NCBI GenBank assembly: GCA_046582655.1
Contig: JAYGDX010000131.1
Location: 1-27,415, forward strand
Reading direction: 5' to 3'
Source: Candidatus Poribacteria bacterium
GTDB lineage: Bacteria; Poribacteria; WGA-4E; UBA9662
Length of the DNA stretch: 27,415 nt
Shown: positions 10,050 to 19,095 of the stretch, piece after piece
Numbering within the stretch: position 1 is the first letter of the stretch
How the letters are laid out: the number at the start of each line of letters is the position of its first letter
Position numbers and translations under genes: made by a program
The notes under the pieces: generated by a model
The model's input: the letters and a program-made list of their open reading frames with translations, nothing else
What the model was told of the DNA's origin: nothing
The model's database searches: none

Positions 10050-11609
10050 ATGAAAAAAAGAAGAGATAGTGAAAGAAACCAACAAAATTTTCATCAACAA
10101 TCTCTTGAAGCGATTGTTGATGTGGAAGCTAAATTACAGCAAGCTTTCTCTCTTTCCCAAGAAGGCAAAACGCAACAGGCAGAGCAGATATGTCAGCAAA
10201 TTCTGACAGATGATCCCCAAAATGCTGAAGCTATTCATATTCTTGGTATTATTGCTTATCAGGTAGGTAAGAATGAGGTAGCAATTAGCTTAATCAAGCG
10301 AGCCATAGAAATAGATTCAAGACAACCTGCATTTTATAATAATTTGGGAAATTCCCTGCGAGATCAAGGGAAGTTGGTGGAATCCGTCCAAGCCTATAGC
10401 AAAGCCATACAGATCCAACCCAGTTCTGCTGAGATTTATAACAATTTGGGGGTAGTGTTGCAAGAACAGGGCAAACTGAAGGAAGCTATCCAGGCTTATG
10501 AGAAAGCGCTTGAAATCCGCCCCGACTGTACTGGTTCTTATATTAACTTCGGAAACGTTTTACAAGAACAAGGGGAACTGGAGAAGTCCATTCAAGCCTA
10601 CCGTGAGGCCATACAGATCCAACCCGATTCTGCTGAAGCGCATAAGAACCTTGGCATGAGCCTATTGTTGGCAGGAAGTTTTAACGATGGTTGGGAACAA
10701 TTTGCATGGCGATGGAAGTGCCAAGATTTCATCGCGGGAAAACGGGATTTTCCGCAACCCAACTGGGATGGATCGAATCTGAGAGGAAAATCCATTCTGG
10801 TCTGGACTGAACAAGGAATCGGCGATGAGATTATGTTTGCCAGCATGCTCCCTGACTTGTCGGAAATGGGAATCAATGTCATCGTCGAGTGTGATACGAG
10901 ACTTGTTCCTCTGTTTCAACGCTCTTTTCCCCAGATTCAATTTCTTTCCCGGCAAATATCGCCACATCCTCGATTATTCGATGCAAATAATATAGACTAT
11001 CAAGTTCCTATGGGCAACTTGGGCCAATGGCTTAGATCTAACGAAGACAGTTTCACAGCAAGCAACTACCTTTTGCCTTGCCCAAAAAAAACTGCGCAAC
11101 TAAGACAAAAATATAAAAACTTGGCAGATGATAAACTGCTAGTTGGCATTTCTTGGAAAAGTACTAATCGAGACATTGGAAAATCCAAGAGCACATCATT
11201 GAAAGATTGGACTTCAATTCTATCACAAGGTGATTGCTACTTTGTCAACTTACAATATGGAGATACTAAATCAGAGATCGAAGAGTATGTTTCTGATAAG
11301 AATGATATTTCAATTTACCAAGATGAAGAAATTAATCCGTTGACCGATCTGGATGGATTTGCGGCACAAGTGTTAGCCCTGGATTTGGTCATATCGACAT
11401 CCAATACCACAGTGCATATTGCTGGAGCCTTGGGTCAGAGTGTCTGGACTTTATTACGACTTGTTCCAAGTTGGCGGTGGATGGTGCAAAGAGACGATAC
11501 TCTCTGGTATCCAAGGATGAAATTGTTTCGGCAACATCAACTTGGCGATTGGTCACATGTGTTCGATGAAGTTAAACAGGCATTAAAAAGCTATATAGCA
11601 AATGAGTGA
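10050..11609 (+). CDS. TPR-repeat protein with C-terminal GT-B (GT9-like) glycosyltransferase domain
   Basis: 519 aa. About five 34-aa TPRs (YNNLG..L..QG.L.E.IQAY.KA..I.P), then WRW, WDG, EQGIGDEIMF, VGISWKS, LQYG, LDLVISTSNTTVHIAGALG and WRW...WYP.M.LFRQ. Confidence 0.9.
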   Translation: MKKRRDSERNQQNFHQQSLEAIVDVEAKLQQAFSLSQEGKTQQAEQICQQILTDDPQNAEAIHILGIIAYQVGKNEVAISLIKRAIEIDSRQPAFYNNLGNSLRDQGKLVESVQAYSKAIQIQPSSAEIYNNLGVVLQEQGKLKEAIQAYEKALEIRPDCTGSYINFGNVLQEQGELEKSIQAYREAIQIQPDSAEAHKNLGMSLLLAGSFNDGWEQFAWRWKCQDFIAGKRDFPQPNWDGSNLRGKSILVWTEQGIGDEIMFASMLPDLSEMGINVIVECDTRLVPLFQRSFPQIQFLSRQISPHPRLFDANNIDYQVPMGNLGQWLRSNEDSFTASNYLLPCPKKTAQLRQKYKNLADDKLLVGISWKSTNRDIGKSKSTSLKDWTSILSQGDCYFVNLQYGDTKSEIEEYVSDKNDISIYQDEEINPLTDLDGFAAQVLALDLVISTSNTTVHIAGALGQSVWTLLRLVPSWRWMVQRDDTLWYPRMKLFRQHQLGDWSHVFDEVKQALKSYIANE

Positions 11610-11630
11610 AGGCGGTGAAAGAAACCACCT
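11610..11630. terminator. Short hairpin between convergent genes, possible terminator
   Basis: AGGCGGT-gaaagaa-ACCACCT forms a 7-bp stem with one G:U pair on the minus strand. The U tract is weak. Confidence 0.3.
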
Positions 11631-11632
11631 GT

Positions 11633-12358
11633 TTACTTTTTATGCCACATCTTTTCAAAATTATCTCGGGCGATAAAACCCAGAACCTCTTTAACTTTAT
11701 CAAACTTGAATTTTTCATGTGGCAGATCGGCGGATATGTAAAATACTTCAAACCGCGACGGCAAGTCAGTCAGTTTGATTTCTAAACCCAGTCGAAACAA
11801 TTCGGCTGTATCCCGCCAGCTCAATGTGAATGGCGTGAGATCCCCACCTTCCCTTGAATCGTCATAATCAACAAAACTGAAGAAAAGATAAGATTGTACA
11901 TACAAGTTGTCATAATTTTCTGTGAACGACTTGCAAATTTCCTGACCAAGCGATTTGGTTAAACCATACAAATCTGTTCCCGGATGGGGAGGAGAATCGG
12001 GGTTCAACTCAAAGTCGAGATTATAGGTCGTTGTTCCATGAACTGCGGTAAAAGGTCCAGTATGAATTACACGTTGAACTTTATTTTCCAACGCAGCACA
12101 CATGGTATTGTAAGCGCCGCGTGTGTTGACGTCAAAAGCCAGTTTTCTATCAGGTCGTAGTACTGAACAGTTAATGATAGCATCTACACCTTTTGCTGCT
12201 GCCATTACCTGATTGAAATCAGCTACATCGACAATCATGGTTTCATGTTCCGATTCAATTGGCATAATGTCGGTAATGCGGAGTTGATGAAACTTTTCAA
12301 GAACCTTGACAAGATGCGGTCCCATGTAACCGTTGCCGCCCAAAAGCAAAACTTTCAT
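11633..12358 (-). CDS. NAD-dependent epimerase/dehydratase-fold extended SDR (uronate dehydrogenase-like)
   Basis: 241 aa. GGNGYMG, LRITD, VNTRGAYN, catalytic YGLTK. Confidence 0.88.
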   Translation of the reverse strand: MKVLLLGGNGYMGPHLVKVLEKFHQLRITDIMPIESEHETMIVDVADFNQVMAAAKGVDAIINCSVLRPDRKLAFDVNTRGAYNTMCAALENKVQRVIHTGPFTAVHGTTTYNLDFELNPDSPPHPGTDLYGLTKSLGQEICKSFTENYDNLYVQSYLFFSFVDYDDSREGGDLTPFTLSWRDTAELFRLGLEIKLTDLPSRFEVFYISADLPHEKFKFDKVKEVLGFIARDNFEKMWHKK

Positions 12359-12373
12359 TCATCTACTCCCACT

Positions 12374-12946
12374 TTAAATATGTGTGATCTTCCATTTGTC
12401 AGTAGAGTTGATAGCCTGTCGGAATGCACCGATAGTATCTTCGTCTATGGTATCTCCAAGTCGAATGATACTGACGTTAATCTGTCCCTCACGTGCAAAC
12501 TCTCGACACACAAATTCCCCTAAGTGTCGCGATAAGGGAAACAGATCTGTTGTTGGACGTGGACGCCAGTTTGGTCCTATAGTCAGGTTCTGATCGAGTT
12601 TAGCAAAAAGTTGAAGGGTACTGGCAAAAACAAAATTCGAGATGTTTTGGGCCACGGCAGCGTACAGCAAGTTGTAGGTACAACGTGTCAGGAAATCTAT
12701 CTCAAGGTTTTCTAGATCATCCGGATTCTCTAATAGGGCTAAAGGCAACGTGGCAAGATGAATAATTGTATCGATGTTTTTAACAAGTTCATCTGTTTCA
12801 GACTCATGTCCAAGATCAGACTGAACGAAATCAAAGTCGGTTTCAAAATCAACGAGATCGGTAAGCCGAATTTGATGATCTGCTGATAGATCTGTTGTTA
12901 ACTGTTGCGAAAGCTTCGAGGTTGCTGATGTAATTAGTATTTTCAT
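12374..12946 (-). CDS. Epimerase/dehydratase-fold protein with degenerate cofactor and catalytic motifs
   Basis: MKILITSATSKLSQQL, IRLTD, IIHLA, TRCTYNLL, FVFAST, FPLSRHLGE. It aligns by eye with the adjacent gene. Start is 12946 or 12970. Confidence 0.8.
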   Translation of the reverse strand: MKILITSATSKLSQQLTTDLSADHQIRLTDLVDFETDFDFVQSDLGHESETDELVKNIDTIIHLATLPLALLENPDDLENLEIDFLTRCTYNLLYAAVAQNISNFVFASTLQLFAKLDQNLTIGPNWRPRPTTDLFPLSRHLGEFVCREFAREGQINVSIIRLGDTIDEDTIGAFRQAINSTDKWKITHI

Positions 12947-13174
12947 TTTATATGTTACAAAGTCCAGCATGATATTGTGATTAAGCTAATGATAACTTAA
13001 CTTGGGATTTGAATCCAGTTCAATCTTTTATTTGAAATCGACTCGAGATGAGGGAAAGAGCTCACTTAAACGCCTCTATTCATACAACCTAGATGTTTAA
13101 TGGAAAAGGTTTTGGGTGTTTCGCTGTTCAGTGAATTCTATGTGTACAATGTTGCACTGATTGTAATTGGGTTT

Positions 13175-13208
13175 TAGACTTGTATTTTGGCTCAAATTAA
13201 AATAAAAT
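13175..13208 (+). promoter_or_regulatory. Putative sigma70 promoter(s) for the sulfotransferase-ligase unit
   Basis: TAGACT-17-TAAAAT (13175-13203) overlapping TTGTAT-17-TAAAAT (13180-13208). Confidence 0.5.
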
Positions 13209-13238
13209 CCCAGTTAACATGTACATAATTTCTTTAGG

Positions 13239-13258
13239 TTTATCCTTATAAGGATAAA
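13239..13258. promoter_or_regulatory. Perfect 20-bp palindrome overlapping the RBS
   Basis: TTTATCCTTATAAGGATAAA is its own reverse complement. It contains AAGGA and ends 10 bp before the ATG at 13269. Confidence 0.6.
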
Positions 13259-13268
13259 GATTCATCTT

Positions 13269-13985
13269 ATGTCTTTAATAACAATCATAGGGCGTGGACA
13301 TTCCGGGACACGTGCAATTTCGCATACTTTGTATGCTAGCAGCGTGTTTATGGGTACAACTCTAAACCGATCAGGTGATAAAGTGCCTCCGGGAGCTATG
13401 TATGATGCCTGTAGAATCTTAGCAAAGTATGTCCAGTTGAATGGTAACTTGTCATGGGATTTTGAACCGCTGCATACAATGGAGATCGATCCAGAATTCG
13501 AGGAACTGATCCACACCTATCTAGCCGATGTGCTGACTGATGTATCTACTCATCAAGGATGGAAAATACCAGAAACCACGCTGGTCTACCCTTGGATCGT
13601 ACGAATGTTCCGCGACATAAAATATATTCATTGGATACGAGATCCCAGAGACTGTATCTTGGGAGGTCATAAAACCGACGATCTTCGCGATTTTGGAATT
13701 AACTACCCGCTGACAGATGATATCAGAAGGCAAAGGGCCATTTCTTGGTTATATCAGTATGAATTGATGAAATCAACACCAAAGCCAAAAAATTATATTG
13801 TGGTTCGTTTTGAGGATTTTGTTCTCAAGCAGGAAGAAACGCTTGAACGCCTGGAGTGTTTTCTCGGCATACCTTTGGCACGGATAGTTGTCAGACCAGA
13901 TTCAGTTGGTCGCTGGAAAACTGCTGATGGAAACTATAACTTCGATTTTCTGGCAGAATCACTTGAAGAAAATCACTATCATTAA
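13269..13985 (+). CDS. PAPS-dependent sulfotransferase family protein
   Basis: 238 aa. 5'-PSB-like IIGRGHSGT, GWKIP, 3'-PB-like IHWIRDPRD, VRFEDFV, SVGRWK. Confidence 0.85.
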   Translation: MSLITIIGRGHSGTRAISHTLYASSVFMGTTLNRSGDKVPPGAMYDACRILAKYVQLNGNLSWDFEPLHTMEIDPEFEELIHTYLADVLTDVSTHQGWKIPETTLVYPWIVRMFRDIKYIHWIRDPRDCILGGHKTDDLRDFGINYPLTDDIRRQRAISWLYQYELMKSTPKPKNYIVVRFEDFVLKQEETLERLECFLGIPLARIVVRPDSVGRWKTADGNYNFDFLAESLEENHYH

Positions 13986-14021
13986 GATCCTGTTTGAAAA
14001 CTAGGCCTTGTTGGATTTAAC

Positions 14022-15308
14022 ATGTCAACTCATTCAATGCCAGAACGGATCTATAAGGAGTGGAAGCACTATAGTAAAGAAAGAGATCTCTCTTTCTTTG
14101 ACTTTGTTAAGATGGCTGTTAAAAACAACTTTTGGTTTTGGCATCCAGCTAAAAAATTAAAATTTATCGGTATCACTGGTACAAACGGGAAAACCTCAAC
14201 TGCAATTTTAATCGAGTCTGTTTTTAATTCAGCACAGATAGATGTTGCACTGATCAGCACACTGGCGTACCGATTTAAAGGTATAAACTTAGCTGCGGAT
14301 TTAACCACACCAGATCCGGTTAGACTACACCATCTACTCTCCAGAATAGTAAATGTTGATGTTAAGCACGTGGTTATGGAAACCTCCTCTCACGGTCTGG
14401 CCCAGAATCGGTTGGAAGGGGTAACCTTTGACACGGCAGTATTCACAAACTTGTCACATGATCACTTGGACTATCATTTGTCAATGGATCGGTACTTTGA
14501 GACTAAGTTACGACTTTTTCAACAACTCGATTCTGTACATGGTCGAGCAATTATAAACATGGACGATATTGCTTCAAAACAAGTCATACGAGAAACGAAT
14601 GTTCCTTTTGTCACCTATGGTGTTCATGCGAAGGCCGATTTAACAGTTCAAGATGTACAAGTACAAGCCACTGATATTTCATTCTTGGTCCTCACCCCAC
14701 ATGGCAACTTACCTATACATCTCCGATCCTCTGGTGAATATAATATCTACAATGTCCTGGCTGCTATCGGTGTGGCACAACAATATGGATTTAGAAATGA
14801 ACAGATTATTAGTGGAATCGAGTCAACTAGGATTCCCGGTAGATTTGAACCCATAGATTGTGGACAGGACTTTACAGTTATTGTTGATTTTGCTCATTCA
14901 CCTGACGCGTTGAAAAACTTGCTCTATTCTGCTAAGAAAACCACTCGGGATCGTCTGATTTGTGTTTTTGGTTGCAATGGTGATCGGGATCGGTTAAAGC
15001 GCCCCATGATGGGACGGATCGGGGTTAAGATGGCGGACTATCCGATTATCACCACTGGTAACCCGCGATCAGAACCTACAGATCAAATTTTTTCGGATAT
15101 CCTCCAAGGGATACCGGAAGGTGAAAATTACCAATTAATTCCTGATCGTAAATCCGCTATCAAACAGGCAATTGAAATGGCTAACGCCGGGGATACTGTT
15201 GTTATAGCAGGAAGAGGAGATCAACGTTATCAAGAAACAGATGATCAGACAATCCCTTTTGATGATAGGCAAGTTGCGAGATCTTTTCTTGATGGACTGT
15301 CTGAATAA
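14022..15308 (+). CDS. murE: MurE-like Mur ligase paralog lacking the N-terminal domain
   Basis: 428 aa. GITGTNGKTST, TTPD, METSSHGL..NR, FTNLSHDHLDYH, PGRFE, VDFAHSPDAL, VFGCNGDRD..KRPMMG, GNPRSE, AGRGDQ, FDDR. Confidence 0.88.
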   Translation: MSTHSMPERIYKEWKHYSKERDLSFFDFVKMAVKNNFWFWHPAKKLKFIGITGTNGKTSTAILIESVFNSAQIDVALISTLAYRFKGINLAADLTTPDPVRLHHLLSRIVNVDVKHVVMETSSHGLAQNRLEGVTFDTAVFTNLSHDHLDYHLSMDRYFETKLRLFQQLDSVHGRAIINMDDIASKQVIRETNVPFVTYGVHAKADLTVQDVQVQATDISFLVLTPHGNLPIHLRSSGEYNIYNVLAAIGVAQQYGFRNEQIISGIESTRIPGRFEPIDCGQDFTVIVDFAHSPDALKNLLYSAKKTTRDRLICVFGCNGDRDRLKRPMMGRIGVKMADYPIITTGNPRSEPTDQIFSDILQGIPEGENYQLIPDRKSAIKQAIEMANAGDTVVIAGRGDQRYQETDDQTIPFDDRQVARSFLDGLSE

Positions 15309-15451
15309 ATAACCCTGCCATTTCAACTGGATAATCTGTTTTTCGAAAAGTTTTATCAACTCTGCCGGGAAATGGCAATTCATTGACTTCGGTTATATAC
15401 TTTAAAGGATTAATTCAACACACAACTCAAAAGTAAGGATTTTTAGAAAAC

Positions 15452-16348
15452 ATGTCAGAACTAGAAACAAGAAGAATGGGGCGGACAGAGATGCTTCCCA
15501 AATCACTTGCTTTAGGAGCTGCTTGGCTGCATAGTGGACCAGAACAAGAAACCATTGCTGCTATTCAAAGGGCAATTGAACTCGGTATAAATTATATTGA
15601 CACCTACCCTGGTCATAAGGAAGAAAGATGGGGAAAAGCGCTGTCTGGAGGTTTGAGGGAAAGGATCTATCTTCAAGCCAAGGTCGGAACGCATCCGGAA
15701 AGAAGCAAGGATTTTTCTGCTGAAACTACCCGTTGGAGCGTGGAAGGGAGTTTAAAAGCTTTACAAACTGATTATCTCGATGCCGTACTAATCCATGATC
15801 CTATTCAGATCAGAGATGCAATTTCCTCAGGCGAAGCGCTGGACGAGTTGCTAAAGATGAAAGAGGAAGGACTGATTAAACATATTGGGTTAGGAGTCCG
15901 TTCTCATACCTTTCATCAACAATCGATCGAGACAGGCCATATTGATATTGTTTTAACTTTCTTGGATTATACTTTATTGAATCAATCGGTTGCGGAAACG
16001 ACATTGCCGCTGGCACGACAAGAAGACGTTGGTATTATTCTGGCCAGCCCTTTGGGAATGGGACTCCTAACTGGTATTGAGCCAGATGTAGAGACGGATC
16101 GCCGACGCCATCCTGATGGAAAAACAGTGGCTCATGATATGTGGAAATGGTGCAGAGATCGTGACGTAAATATTCGACATCTAGCTATGCAATTTTGTCT
16201 TGCTGCACCAGTTGATGGCATCGTTATGTTTGGTCCATCAAACGTTGAGCAGGTTGAGGAAGGTTATGCTGCGGCTACGGCTGAAGTTCCAGCTGGTGTT
16301 TGGCGTGACTTTGAGGCTGAGTTCGGTGTGGCACCAGGTAAAATATGA
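15452..16348 (+). CDS. Aldo/keto reductase
   Basis: 298 aa. RRMGRT, GINYIDT, AKVG, SLKALQTDYLDAVLIHDP, KEEGLIKHIGLG, SPLGMGLL. Confidence 0.92.
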   Translation: MSELETRRMGRTEMLPKSLALGAAWLHSGPEQETIAAIQRAIELGINYIDTYPGHKEERWGKALSGGLRERIYLQAKVGTHPERSKDFSAETTRWSVEGSLKALQTDYLDAVLIHDPIQIRDAISSGEALDELLKMKEEGLIKHIGLGVRSHTFHQQSIETGHIDIVLTFLDYTLLNQSVAETTLPLARQEDVGIILASPLGMGLLTGIEPDVETDRRRHPDGKTVAHDMWKWCRDRDVNIRHLAMQFCLAAPVDGIVMFGPSNVEQVEEGYAAATAEVPAGVWRDFEAEFGVAPGKI

Positions 16349-16382
16349 CCGACATTTAACTTGCTCAGGAGAAGAGTATATT

Positions 16383-17726
16383 TTATGCCTCAACCTGTTT
16401 CAGCGCGTCAACTAGACTTTTCTCGATTAGGTCGCCCAATTCATCTATATCTGATTCTGTGGCAATCAATGCTGGTGCTACCGCAAACCAGGAAGGGTCA
16501 ATACGAAGAATCAGGCCATTTTGCAGCGTTGTACGTTTTAAAGCTTGGCCGAGTTCCGGATAAGGCGTCATCGTTTCAGTGTTTTTGACTAATTCTACAC
16601 CAAGGAGAAGACCTTTACCACGTACCTCGCGCACGACACCATATCGCTTCAACTTCTTAAGTTTTGTAGCCAGATAATTTCCCAACTTCTGGGCTCTTTG
16701 GTCCAGCTTTTCCTGCTGAATTTCATCGATGACAGCAATACCAACAGCACAAGCCAAAGGATTTCCGGCAAAGGTATGACCATGAGCAAAGTTGATCTCG
16801 TCTTCGACCGCACCATAGAAAGTATGCCCCATATCCTCTTTGGCTATCATTGCGCCTAAGGGGATAGCTCCGCTTGAGAGCCCTTTGCCGCTACAAATAA
16901 TATCAGGTGTGACACCGAAGGTTTGGGCGGCGAACATCGCCCCTGTGCGTGCGAATCCAGTGATAATCTCGTCATAAATGAGGATTACATTATAACGGTC
17001 ACAAATCTGACGGATGATCTGAAAATATTCTTCCGTTGGTGTGATAATTCCTCCAGTATTGCCGATGGGCTCAATGATGATACCAGCCACAGTTTCCGGG
17101 TCTTCATTGATAATAACATCCTCGAATGACTGGGCGCAGAAACGGTTGCACTCTTCCCAAGTGGAAAACCGGTCACGGTAATAGGTCGGCGGGAATACTT
17201 TCAAAAACCCTCCCATTTGTGGTTCAAATCCAGTTTTACGTTTTCCTGTGCCGCTGGCAGACATGGCCCCAAAGGTCGCGCCGTGGTACCCGAAGTATCT
17301 GCTGATGAATTTATACTTCCCCGGATACCCAGTTTGCTTGAAGTACTGTCGGGTGAACTTGATAGCAGACTCGATAGATTCAGATCCACCGCTATAGGAT
17401 TTGACATAGTTCAAATTGCCAGGGGTAATCTCCCCTAGTTTCTCCACGAAATCAAGGGTAACGTCGGCTATCCCATGCATAGGCGGTGCAAAGCTCAGTA
17501 TTTCCATCTGATTTTGCATAGCGGTCATAACACGCGGGTGCCTGTGACCAAGTGTAGCAACAAAAATCCCACTAATTCCGTCAAAATAACGTTTCCCTGC
17601 TACATCCCAGTAATAGATTCCTTCTGCCCTGTGAATGATAAGTGGATTCTGGATAAACCCTAAAGTTTGCTGGTAGTCCAAGAATGTTCGTTTTAGCAGT
17701 TTTTGCTGACGTTCGCTAAGATTCAT
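16383..17726 (-). CDS. Class III PLP-dependent aminotransferase (omega-amine type)
   Basis: GGSESIESAIK, YHGATFG, IIEPI, DEIITGFARTG, PDIICSGKGLSSG (PLP lysine), HGHTFAGNP, RGKGL. ATG at 17726 follows AGGTGGAG. Confidence 0.94.
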   Translation of the reverse strand: MNLSERQQKLLKRTFLDYQQTLGFIQNPLIIHRAEGIYYWDVAGKRYFDGISGIFVATLGHRHPRVMTAMQNQMEILSFAPPMHGIADVTLDFVEKLGEITPGNLNYVKSYSGGSESIESAIKFTRQYFKQTGYPGKYKFISRYFGYHGATFGAMSASGTGKRKTGFEPQMGGFLKVFPPTYYRDRFSTWEECNRFCAQSFEDVIINEDPETVAGIIIEPIGNTGGIITPTEEYFQIIRQICDRYNVILIYDEIITGFARTGAMFAAQTFGVTPDIICSGKGLSSGAIPLGAMIAKEDMGHTFYGAVEDEINFAHGHTFAGNPLACAVGIAVIDEIQQEKLDQRAQKLGNYLATKLKKLKRYGVVREVRGKGLLLGVELVKNTETMTPYPELGQALKRTTLQNGLILRIDPSWFAVAPALIATESDIDELGDLIEKSLVDALKQVEA

Positions 17727-17773
17727 TTTGATCTCCACCTAAATTTACAAAACTGCCTTTGAAGCAGTCCCCT

Positions 17774-18982
17774 TCAAGAAGCATTTAAATCGTCTCGTTT
17801 GGAAATACAGTAACCAACCGCTGTCAGCGCGTAAACCTGAGCTACCCTGACCAATTCTGCTACTGAAACACATTCTTGTAATGTATGAGCCCCAGTAGCA
17901 GCTGGACCATGAGTTAGTGCGGGAATGCCAGCTACGGCAGAAAAGGCATTGCCATCATCAACAAAGGGTTTATTCCCGAAAGACAAAGTATTACCTGCAA
18001 CAGCCTGATGCGCGTTTTGAAAAGCGGTAATAATCGGGTCTTCGGAGGAAATGCTGAAAGCATCACCTTGAACTTTAAAGTTGACCTCAATCGATGTGCA
18101 ACTGGTTTTTGCCAGTTCTTCTAGGATCTGGTTAAATTCTAATTTCACCTCTTCAACCGTATCCGGCGTAACCCAACGGCGAGTACCCTGCAAGACACAT
18201 TCAGTTGGAGATTGGTTATAGATTTCCCCCGCCTGAATGTGACCTACAAAAACAGAGTCTGTGCCGGCATGCGGATGGGTTCGACTCTCTAAGCTTTGTT
18301 GTAGATCGCGCAAGCGTAGAATCAGTTCTGCTCCAGTAGCCAATACGTCCGGTTGCTGAGGCGGACGTAATACCTCGTGGATAGGCTGCCCATCTCTGCT
18401 AATATGGGTTTCGAAGATAGCCATTCCTCGACCAGCTATGGGCAGGCGATCAGCGAGATATTCAGGCAACAGGACGGCATTGCCAATATAGCCTGCTTTG
18501 ATAAGCGCATACAGTTGACGACGGTCACCCCAAGGACCTTCATGGTGGTCATGTGCAGTGAGCAGAACTCCACCAGCGACTAGGGCGTGGGTATCTCTCA
18601 AAACCCGCAGGGCTTCCACAAAAGCGGCAATTCCGCCTTTCATGTCGGAAGCACCGGAACCGTAAAGATTGCCGTGTTCATGTCGAGGCGGAACAAAGGG
18701 AAGATGAACAGTATCCAAATGTCCGTCAAACTGCAAGACACGACCAGGTTGATCAGTAGCAAAACGTACTACAACTGCTGGAGCCTCAGGCCAGTTGGCG
18801 ACAGGTCTCTCCACCTCAAACCCATCATCCTGTAACAGAGAAGCAAGTTGATCTGCCACAGCCCCGGCACTACACGTTGGACTCGGAACTTCGATCAACG
18901 CCGTAGCGGTATCCAACAGACGTTGGTGATTAACGTTTCGGCGGATTTTTTCGACCAGTTGAGGGGAAATAAGATTTATCAT
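17774..18982 (-). CDS. M20 family metallo-amidohydrolase (ArgE/DapE-like)
   Basis: FDGHLDTV, LYGSGASDMKGG, HDHHEG, LLPEY, GPAATGAHTLQE. ATG at 18982 follows AAGGGG. Confidence 0.9.
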   Translation of the reverse strand: MINLISPQLVEKIRRNVNHQRLLDTATALIEVPSPTCSAGAVADQLASLLQDDGFEVERPVANWPEAPAVVVRFATDQPGRVLQFDGHLDTVHLPFVPPRHEHGNLYGSGASDMKGGIAAFVEALRVLRDTHALVAGGVLLTAHDHHEGPWGDRRQLYALIKAGYIGNAVLLPEYLADRLPIAGRGMAIFETHISRDGQPIHEVLRPPQQPDVLATGAELILRLRDLQQSLESRTHPHAGTDSVFVGHIQAGEIYNQSPTECVLQGTRRWVTPDTVEEVKLEFNQILEELAKTSCTSIEVNFKVQGDAFSISSEDPIITAFQNAHQAVAGNTLSFGNKPFVDDGNAFSAVAGIPALTHGPAATGAHTLQECVSVAELVRVAQVYALTAVGYCISKRDDLNAS

Positions 18983-19095
18983 TTGATGCCCCTTTTTAAC
19001 TGGCAAAAATTATTTTTGGCCTTTAATTCTAATTGCCAGATTAATTGCTTAAAACCTAAACAGCGGTTAACCAATACGAGTATACTCAATCCGCA

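Noticed and set aside
13983..14003. TAAGATCCTGTTTGAAAA resembling an IS5-type end
   Set aside because: Single short match with no partner end or transposase.
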